Source of the DNA: Haloquadratum walsbyi C23
GTDB taxonomy: Archaea; Halobacteriota; Halobacteria; Halobacteriales; Haloferacaceae
Length of the DNA stretch: 32,000 bases
NCBI RefSeq assembly: GCF_000237865.1
Contig: NC_017459.1
Coordinates: forward strand, 480,001-512,000
Direction: 5' to 3'
This document shows positions 25,230-32,000 of this stretch, in pieces. The notes under the pieces are model-generated. The model was given only the letters and a program-made list of their open reading frames with translations, did not search any database and was not told the DNA's origin. A program made the position numbers and the translations under genes. Positions within the stretch are counted from its first letter, which is position 1, and each line of letters starts with the position of its first letter.

Positions 25230-26155
25230 GTGATTCCCTCCAAAATAGTAATTGTAAGCACAATAGCTATTACTCCTGCTCGTCGTGTAATCTGGATTGC
25301 ATAGGTAGCCACGGATTTGTCTGGAAGTGATGCAGACGTTCGAAGCTCATATGTATCTGGTTTATGAAGACGAGCTGGCAGAAGCGCTGCTATTGTTGCC
25401 ATCGGCCATCCAGCATTGGGTGATGTAGTCTGTGCTGCGTCTACACGAACCTGCTGTCGAAGTGGGAGAAGTGGGTGCCCGACAGCAACTGATAGTAATG
25501 CTGCCGTGAGGCGAGCAGGTACCCACATGATAATATCGTCAAGTCGCGCTGAGGCAGTCCCAATAGGTTTTGACCGATATCCGAGCATTGAGTCCAGTGT
25601 GTTGATTGCTTTGACCCATGCCGCGCTAGCAACACCAATCGATACCGATACCGGTGCAAACAATGTAAACGCAAGTAGCGGTCCAATAAATCCATCAGCG
25701 AGGTTTTCAGCCGCACTCTCAACGGCTGCTGACCGAATATGTGCTGCATCTAATTCACTGGCATCACGACCAGCAAGGGCACGAAGTTCATAACGAGCCG
25801 CCGAGACATCAGCGGTGGTCATCATTACAACGTCATGAACTGTCCTGAGAAGTAATCGCAGACTTATTAGTGTGAATAAAACACATCCAGCTGCGAACGC
25901 ACCGAGTTGTGAATTAACACTAAACACGACATACACACTCGTTGCTGTAACAATGCCAAATCCAATCGGAAGGGTCGTTGCAATTAATATACCAACTATG
26001 TTGGGACTGTCATACGACCGATCAACTATATCAACTAGTTGTCCAAAAAGCGCTACTGGATGAATGAATGCAGGCGGTTCACCAATGATCGTATCGAGAC
26101 CAATCGCAACGATGACTGCAATACTGCCGAGTGTAATCACCTGCGCGTCTCCCAA
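25220..26155 (-). CDS. cbiB: Adenosylcobinamide-phosphate synthase (CbiB)
   Basis: Membrane protein of 311 aa with HPV..FG, ESAAENL.DG and NAGWPMAT blocks typical of CbiB/CobD. The start is non-ATG (TTG at 26155, or the in-frame GTG four codons downstream), so the exact start is uncertain. Confidence 0.85.
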   Translation of the reverse strand: MGDAQVITLGSIAVIVAIGLDTIIGEPPAFIHPVALFGQLVDIVDRSYDSPNIVGILIATTLPIGFGIVTATSVYVVFSVNSQLGAFAAGCVLFTLISLRLLLRTVHDVVMMTTADVSAARYELRALAGRDASELDAAHIRSAAVESAAENLADGFIGPLLAFTLFAPVSVSIGVASAAWVKAINTLDSMLGYRSKPIGTASARLDDIIMWVPARLTAALLSVAVGHPLLPLRQQVRVDAAQTTSPNAGWPMATIAALLPARLHKPDTYELRTSASLPDKSVATYAIQITRRAGVIAIVLTITILEGITWL

Positions 26156-26202
26156 GTCGAGTCGTTGTCATTACTGCTTGTATTAGGATCTGCACTCATC
26201 TG

Positions 26203-26940
26203 TTAGTTGATATTGCTGTCGTTATTATTGAATTCACCGTCAAGTGCTGTACTAATCTGCCCGAGCGATGTCTTAGTGATATTATGAAAATGCCCACCAA
26301 CATCGTTGATACCACCATCTGTTTCTGGATTATCACCAATGTGAATAAGACTCGTCGGATCAACGCGAAGCGACTTTGCCACCGCTTGAAATGCTCGTGG
26401 GTGTGGCTTCCTCCATCCACAATCAACACTCGTGACAATCGCGTCAAATAATGAGCGGTCAATATCTGAGCGCATCAGTGTTCGATGAACTAATTGTGAT
26501 ACTGAACAGTTCGAGAGAATCCCGACTGGACCATTGGCTACTGCAGTCTCCACAGCAGTAATTGCGTTGGGACGCGTCTGTACAGTCGGATCAAAAGCAG
26601 CAGTGACCGCATGTCTAATATACTCAGCTGGAGCCGAAACATCACGCGACTGAAGTGCTGCATTTACATGAGTTGACAGTGGCACCTCCGAACCACGCTG
26701 TGACTCAACATGGACCGTCCTGTACGCGGTTTCCCAGTCAGATGGAACAGTCACCCCGCGCGTCTGGAGTTCAGATGCAACTGCAGCAGCAGGATCTGCA
26801 GGGCGGCTGACGGTGACAAGGGTATCAAATAAATCAAAGGTAACTGCCACGACAGCTGTATTGATAAGATTAAACTTGAATATACCGACGTGAGATCCTA
26901 TGACTGACCGGTTATCTCTATTTGGAGAAGCGCATGACAT
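26203..26940 (-). CDS. HAD-superfamily hydrolase (subfamily IA-like)
   Basis: All four HAD motifs are readable: FDLFDTLV (I), ILSNCS (II), WRKPHP (III) and IGDNPETD (IV). The gene ends 47 nt upstream of cbiB on the same strand. Confidence 0.85.
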   Translation of the reverse strand: MSCASPNRDNRSVIGSHVGIFKFNLINTAVVAVTFDLFDTLVTVSRPADPAAAVASELQTRGVTVPSDWETAYRTVHVESQRGSEVPLSTHVNAALQSRDVSAPAEYIRHAVTAAFDPTVQTRPNAITAVETAVANGPVGILSNCSVSQLVHRTLMRSDIDRSLFDAIVTSVDCGWRKPHPRAFQAVAKSLRVDPTSLIHIGDNPETDGGINDVGGHFHNITKTSLGQISTALDGEFNNNDSNIN

Positions 26941-26991
26941 CTGTCAGACGGAGGGAAAGTATTAATCTAGTTCAAAAATGATAGGATAATT

Positions 26992-27543
26992 ATGAGCAAA
27001 ATCACCTTCCGCGCCGACGATGACCTCGTCGGACAACTCGAAGAATTCGAGGGATCAAAAAGTGAGGTGATGCGTGAGGCACTCCGCACATATCTTGAAA
27101 ATACGGGGGCTATGCACGAAGGCGGCAATGGGAGCCTTAACAATGATCTTAATTCAGACACCACTCACCATGCGACAGGAAATAAAAATCACGCTGGAGA
27201 GTCAGCTAGCCGGAAGGTGACGGTGAATATTGTACTTGATGATGAGTCAGGGATTGTTTATGCAAATAAACAAGAAGACGCAGTTGCAACGGCAACCGGA
27301 GAGCCAGACACTGCAATCGATGCTGAAGTAAATCGTAAGACATCAAGTAGCGAAGAAATATCAGAATGTAATAAGTGCGGAAAAGCACTGATAGATGGTC
27401 ACGTATACTGTCCAAATTGCGGTGAGAAAGCCGCTCATCGGGTATTCTGTGAGTGTGGCGATGAGATCCAATCAGATTGGGCGTTCTGTCCTAGCTGTGG
27501 CCGACGAACATCTGCTGCGGATGTGCTCAAAAAATCATCCTGA
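26992..27543 (+). CDS. cdrL: Ribbon-helix-helix protein with C-terminal double zinc ribbon; CdrL-like by synteny
   Basis: The N-terminal RHH is KITFRADDDLVGQLEEFEGSKSEVMREALRTYLE. The C-terminus reads CNKCG..CPNCG....CECG..CPSCG. It lies immediately upstream of cdrS-ftsZ2. Confidence 0.6.
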   Translation: MSKITFRADDDLVGQLEEFEGSKSEVMREALRTYLENTGAMHEGGNGSLNNDLNSDTTHHATGNKNHAGESASRKVTVNIVLDDESGIVYANKQEDAVATATGEPDTAIDAEVNRKTSSSEEISECNKCGKALIDGHVYCPNCGEKAAHRVFCECGDEIQSDWAFCPSCGRRTSAADVLKKSS

Positions 27544-27744
27544 TTGACAGAATAATGTGATTCCAATTAGAATTGTCTTACTTTTGTCGATAGATTTATA
27601 CGGCATCACTTTATTTGTATGACTGCGTAAGACGGTGTATGACATATCGCACATCGAAGTGTGAGATCGGCGTAGTACCCGATTGAAATGTCTCTAAAAG
27701 CATTCAATGAAATGCGCGAGCCGTCTTACCGGGGGAATGCAAAT

Positions 27745-27924
27745 ATGGAGCGTGTGACACTACGAATTCCGAAGCAACAGATAGAGGAAGTCGAACAAAT
27801 GGTTGAAACGGGCGAGTTCCCGAATCGATCAGAAGCCATTCGTTCGGCGGTACGTGAGATGATTAATGAACAACAAGACGACCGTCACGAGTCGTCAAGC
27901 AAACATACGTGGGCGAAGGTGTAA
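27745..27924 (+). CDS. cdrS: Small ribbon-helix-helix regulator CdrS
   Basis: [40 protein letters not shown]... is 59 aa. Its stop lies 4 nt before the ftsZ ATG. The start was trimmed from the track start at 27688 to the ATG at 27745. Confidence 0.8.
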   Translation: MERVTLRIPKQQIEEVEQMVETGEFPNRSEAIRSAVREMINEQQDDRHESSSKHTWAKV

Positions 27925-27928
27925 GACG

Positions 27929-29131
27929 ATGCAAGATATTGTCGAGGAAGCAATGCAGCGTGATGAAGAAGAGCGCGATGTTGCCGCTGAAGCTGGAGAC
28001 GACCCCGAAGGCTTTGGCAGCCCACGAATCGTGATTGTCGGTGCTGGCGGAGCCGGTAATAATACAGTTAATCGATTGTATAACATTGGTGTCGACGGCG
28101 CCGATACAGTCGCGATTAACACCGATAAACAGCATCTAAAGATGATCGAAGCCAATACTAAGATTCTTGTCGGAAAATCCCTGACGCAGGGACTTGGTGC
28201 TGGTGGCGACCCATCAATGGGTGAACGGGCGACAGAGATGGCACAGGGCACAATTAAAGATGTCCTTGGTGAGGCTGATCTTGTCTTTGTCACTGCTGGT
28301 ATGGGTGGTGGGACCGGAACAGGGGCTGCACCCGTTATCTCAAAGATTGCGAAAGAACAGGGCGCAATTGTCGTTGGAATGGTTTCAACGCCATTCAATG
28401 TTGAGCGTGCACGAACGGTAAAAGCTGAAGAAGGGCTTGAAAAGCTCCGTAATGAGGCTGACTCGATTATTGTCCTTGATAATAATCGACTACTTGATTA
28501 CGTCCCTAATCTACCCATTGGTAAGGCCTTCTCGGTAATGGATCAGATTATTGCTGAGACAGTAAAGGGAATCTCAGAGACAATCACACAGCCATCATTG
28601 ATCAATCTCGACTACGCGGATATGTCGACGATTATGGATCAAGGCGGCGTTGCGGTCATGCTTGTCGGTGAAACTCAAGACAAGAATAAGACACAGGAGG
28701 TGGTCAACGATGCGATGAATCATCCACTATTAGATGTTGACTATCGCGGTGCCTCAGGTGGGCTTGTTCACATTACCGGCGGTCCTGATCTTACTCTCAA
28801 AGAGGCAGAGGGTATCGCAGATAGCATTACTGAGCGACTCGAGGCAAGTGCAAATGTGATCTGGGGTGCACGAATTCAAGAAGAGTACAAAGGGAAGGTT
28901 CGTGTCATGGCTATTATGACAGGTGTCCAGTCCGCACAGGTGTTGGGTCCATCCACGCAAAAACAGGCTGATGCCTCACGTCGTAGTCTCGAGGGTTCAG
29001 CGTCTGAGTTCAACTCGACGCAGGGCAATACGGCAAATGGCTCGACATCAGGGTCTGAGTCAACTGGATGGCAGTCTGATGGCGGCCGTGCACCGCGTGA
29101 GAAACAACACGGGCTTGATGTCATCCGCTAA
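27929..29131 (+). CDS. ftsZ2: Cell division protein FtsZ (FtsZ2 type by synteny with cdrS)
   Basis: The tubulin signature GGGTGTG is present in [16 protein letters not shown], along with [13 protein letters not shown]. The start is at the ATG at 27929 ([10 protein letters not shown]...). The track extension to 27866 overlaps cdrS. Confidence 0.92.
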   Translation: MQDIVEEAMQRDEEERDVAAEAGDDPEGFGSPRIVIVGAGGAGNNTVNRLYNIGVDGADTVAINTDKQHLKMIEANTKILVGKSLTQGLGAGGDPSMGERATEMAQGTIKDVLGEADLVFVTAGMGGGTGTGAAPVISKIAKEQGAIVVGMVSTPFNVERARTVKAEEGLEKLRNEADSIIVLDNNRLLDYVPNLPIGKAFSVMDQIIAETVKGISETITQPSLINLDYADMSTIMDQGGVAVMLVGETQDKNKTQEVVNDAMNHPLLDVDYRGASGGLVHITGGPDLTLKEAEGIADSITERLEASANVIWGARIQEEYKGKVRVMAIMTGVQSAQVLGPSTQKQADASRRSLEGSASEFNSTQGNTANGSTSGSESTGWQSDGGRAPREKQHGLDVIR

Positions 29132-29329
29132 TCACGTCCAAATCGACTCCTAATCGAACCTGTATTGCATCGATTTAAATTGTGAATCATTGATATTTTT
29201 TACATGTTCTCTCATTGGTTAGTGAAAATACAAAAATGTCCTCGATATTAACATATCGCTCTAGCTATTGAGAACGCTTGATCTTGTTTAATATCATATT
29301 ATATTAGCTTTTGAGCCATCCAAATACTA

Positions 29330-30217
29330 CTACGCCTGATCTGACGACACACGGCCAACAACAACATCAAATGGAATAATCTCCACGCGACGGTACGTCT
29401 CACTATGTATCTGATCGACAACCGCCCGTCCCATTTCACGCCAATCGTGTCGAAGCGTGTCATAGGCGTCATCTGAAAGCTCTCGACGGAGTTCAGTGCG
29501 GTGATCCCGTAATGCGGTGGCATGCGCTTTTCGAGCTGCTGCAGTTAATGCGGTATCATCATAGGGGGGTTCAGTTGTTCGGCGATGGTAATGTCGTCGG
29601 CGAACAATATCATCTAACCCTGCGTTATCAAATGCCGTGCTAAGTCGGTCACCAAGTGCAACATCAGTTTGAATACCAGCGATATATGCTTCGCGAGCCC
29701 GGCGTTCAATTTGAGCCTCAGTATCGACCGTTGATGCAACGCTGACAGCAGCATTATCCGGTTCAACCGCGGCAACAAGCTCAGATGAAACACGCGCAAA
29801 CGTCTGAAGTATATTGACCGGATCCGGGAGGTTACTCAATAGCGCTTGACAGGTGACAAGATCGACAGCGTCAGATTTGATCGGGAGTTGTGTTGCATCA
29901 GCAATAATCGTTGTGAGGTCAGTTTTTGAACGTGCAATAGTGAGTAATTCAGGATCCATGTCAAGACAAACAATATCGCCAGGAGACTCGGTGTCAAGAA
30001 CCTGTGCAAACTCACCCGTTCCGGTCCCGACATCAAGAATGCGAGTTCTATCCTCAAGTGAGAGTGGTGTCAGTGCTGCACGCGAATCAGCCCATAATCC
30101 GCGGCGAGTGTATGTAAGGTATTCAGATGAAAACTCTCGCACGAGCTGATTAGGCGGGATTCTCCGCAAGATTCCGAACTCGGTCAATATTCCATGCAAA
30201 TCCTTTGCCATTCTCAT
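29330..30217 (-). CDS. Class I SAM-dependent methyltransferase
   Basis: Motif I is [15 protein letters not shown] and the post-I acidic residue is in VCLDMD. The start is uncertain: the ATG at 30217 overlaps nfo by 68 nt, and a GTG at 30142 would avoid the overlap. Confidence 0.8.
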   Translation of the reverse strand: MRMAKDLHGILTEFGILRRIPPNQLVREFSSEYLTYTRRGLWADSRAALTPLSLEDRTRILDVGTGTGEFAQVLDTESPGDIVCLDMDPELLTIARSKTDLTTIIADATQLPIKSDAVDLVTCQALLSNLPDPVNILQTFARVSSELVAAVEPDNAAVSVASTVDTEAQIERRAREAYIAGIQTDVALGDRLSTAFDNAGLDDIVRRRHYHRRTTEPPYDDTALTAAARKAHATALRDHRTELRRELSDDAYDTLRHDWREMGRAVVDQIHSETYRRVEIIPFDVVVGRVSSDQA

Positions 30218-30986
30218 TTGGGGTCTCTAATACGAGTGGAATCGGATCAATTGCGGAGTGATTAATGAATGCCTCCATCCCAGACTCACCAATTTTACCT
30301 TCGCCAATATGTGCGTGTTCATCCTTGTTTGTCCCACAGGCGTGTTTCGAATCATTCAGATGGACACATGCAAGATTATCCACTCCCACGGTTGTGTCGA
30401 ATTCTTTGATTGTTGTATTGACAGCAGCTGGGCTTGAAAGGTCATATCCAGCCGCAAAAACGTGTGCAGTGTCAAGACAGACCTCAAGTTCATGAGTGCT
30501 TTCTTCAAGCACGTATGCAAGGTGGTCAAATTTATTACCAAGTTTTGTTCCCGAGCCGGCATCAGACTCGAGTAAGACTGTCACACTATCTGGAATCGTA
30601 AGTTCATCAAGTGCAGAGATTGCATTATCAAGCCCTTGTTGTTCGCCTGCTCCAGTATGTGCGCCAAGATGAACATTTACGTATGGAATCGATAATTGCG
30701 CTGCAGCATCAACCTCCTGTTGCATCGAATCAATTGACTTTGCTCGAAGGTCATCTTTCGGCGTACAGAGATTCACAAGATACGATGAGTGAATAACCCA
30801 TGGACCGATGTCATGCATCTGAGAGCGGTCACGAAATGCTTCTGCGTCTGTGTCATCAATCGATGGGTCCTGCCAGACTTGCGGAGAATGAGTAAATATT
30901 TGTCCACAATTACCACCGTTCTCAAGTTGTCTATCAACGGCATTCGCGACCCCACCAGCAATGGATTCATGTGCACCAACGAGCAT
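30150..30986 (-). CDS. nfo: Endonuclease IV (AP endonuclease)
   Basis: [12 protein letters not shown]..., [32 protein letters not shown] and HLNDSK are Nfo metal-ligand blocks. 278 aa. Confidence 0.92.
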   Translation of the reverse strand: MLVGAHESIAGGVANAVDRQLENGGNCGQIFTHSPQVWQDPSIDDTDAEAFRDRSQMHDIGPWVIHSSYLVNLCTPKDDLRAKSIDSMQQEVDAAAQLSIPYVNVHLGAHTGAGEQQGLDNAISALDELTIPDSVTVLLESDAGSGTKLGNKFDHLAYVLEESTHELEVCLDTAHVFAAGYDLSSPAAVNTTIKEFDTTVGVDNLACVHLNDSKHACGTNKDEHAHIGEGKIGESGMEAFINHSAIDPIPLVLETPNENGKGFAWNIDRVRNLAENPA

Positions 30987-31131
30987 ACAGCTAATATTAT
31001 CTAGGCTAGTAAAGCCACTTCGAAGTCAGCTATGACCTCATAATTGAGTATATTGACTCGCATCTCCGAGGCTATCATTCAAGCCCGATTCTTGTCTATC
31101 CCTTTAGAAACAAATCTGCAAATGACAGAGA

Positions 31132-32000
31132 TCATTCGACCCACAGCGTCTTTCGATTGGTGAACTCTGTAATCCCCGCCTCGGCAAGTTCACGACCGTA
31201 TCCGGACTTCCCAATCCCACCAAATGGGACACGTGGATCAGACTTCACAAGCTGATTAATATAGACGCATCCAGCATCAATACGCTGACCAACCGCCTGT
31301 CCGCGGTCTCTATCAGCCGTCCAAACACTTGCACCGAGACCAAATTCGGTATCATTCGCTGTCGTAATCGCTTCGTTTTCATCTTTAACCTCAAATACTG
31401 CAGCAACAGGACCGAATAGCTCTTCATTTGCGGCTGGAGATGGTACTGGAATGTCAGTGAGAATTGTTGGTGGATAATACGACCCTTCACGATCAAGTGG
31501 CTCACCACCAATCTCGAGTGTTGCCCCTGCTTCGACAGAGCGCTCGACTTGTGAATGGAGATTCGCACACAGATCATTTCGAGCCTGTGGACCGACATCT
31601 GTGGTCTCATCGAGTGGGTCACCAATTGTGTACGATATCATCTCATCACGCAGTCGGTCGAGAAACACATCATAGATATCTGAATGAACAATAAATCGCT
31701 TTGCGGCAATACATGATTGTCCGTTATTAAGTGTGCGAGCCCATGCACCTGCCTCAACTGCAGCAGTAATGTCTGCATCATCAAGCACAATGAATGGGTC
31801 ACTTCCCCCGAGTTCAAGAACAGTCTTTTTAAGATTCTCACCGGCTGTTGATGCAACAGCACGTCCAGCCGGACCACTACCAGTGAGAGTCACCGCTCGG
31901 ATGCGGTCGTCTGTAATAACATCACTGACTTGATCTACCTCGATAAGAAGTGTTTCGAAGGCACCATCGGGGTATCCGGCATCATCAAACACCTCAGCAA
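31132..32000 (-). CDS. gabD: NAD(P)-dependent aldehyde dehydrogenase, succinate-semialdehyde dehydrogenase-like; N-terminus lies off-window
   Basis: ELGGSDPFIV (catalytic Glu region), NNGQSCIAAKRF (catalytic Cys) and EELFGPVA are present. The reading frame stays open to the window edge, so the M at 31992 in the track is internal. Confidence 0.85.
   Translation of the reverse strand, partial: AEVFDDAGYPDGAFETLLIEVDQVSDVITDDRIRAVTLTGSGPAGRAVASTAGENLKKTVLELGGSDPFIVLDDADITAAVEAGAWARTLNNGQSCIAAKRFIVHSDIYDVFLDRLRDEMISYTIGDPLDETTDVGPQARNDLCANLHSQVERSVEAGATLEIGGEPLDREGSYYPPTILTDIPVPSPAANEELFGPVAAVFEVKDENEAITTANDTEFGLGASVWTADRDRGQAVGQRIDAGCVYINQLVKSDPRVPFGGIGKSGYGRELAEAGITEFTNRKTLWVE

Noticed and set aside
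1-32000. CRISPR arrays, tRNA and rRNA genes
   Set aside because: No regularly spaced direct repeats of 24-40 nt were seen, and no cloverleaf-compatible segments in any intergenic region. This was visual inspection only; tRNAscan-SE, Infernal and a CRISPR finder should confirm it.

Overview
This window looks like a chromosomal segment of an extremely halophilic archaeon (class Halobacteria). The predicted proteins are strongly acidic and the gene set is haloarchaeal: thermosome, L10e, NucS, cdrS-ftsZ2, and archaeal-type CobY, CbiZ and CobT. The DNA is unusually AT-rich for a haloarchaeon and enzymes carry long low-complexity acidic insertions, which suggests Haloquadratum; that is inference and was not verified. 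Most of the window is housekeeping. Genes from 5' to 3' are: thermosome (partial), cold-shock protein, VanZ-like protein, nucS, rpl10e, RimK-type ATP-grasp ligase, hsp20, bacterial-type GAPDH plus pgk, riboflavin synthase, PrsW-like protease, FAU-1-like RNA-binding protein and acyl-CoA thioesterase. Next is a minD/parA-like ATPase with an acidic partner gene. An ~10 kb minus-strand cobalamin late-step and salvage cluster follows: HAD hydrolase, cbiB, cobS, cobY, cobT, cobD, cbiZ, then a GC-rich island, then cobA and cobQ. The window ends with the cdrL-cdrS-ftsZ2 division locus, a SAM methyltransferase, nfo and a partial aldehyde dehydrogenase. No tRNA, rRNA or CRISPR array was found. The non-routine content is in the gene-free stretches. 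Three related relics of the 3' end of IS1341-type tnpB (the part that encodes the omega/reRNA scaffold) occur without any intact tnpB or tnpA, and they share hairpin motifs. A hairpin-dense 600 bp tract lies after rpl10e. A GC-rich, hairpin-dense ~490 bp island interrupts the cobalamin cluster. The supplied ORF track uses alternative start codons and often over-extends N-termini, so several starts were trimmed by inspection.
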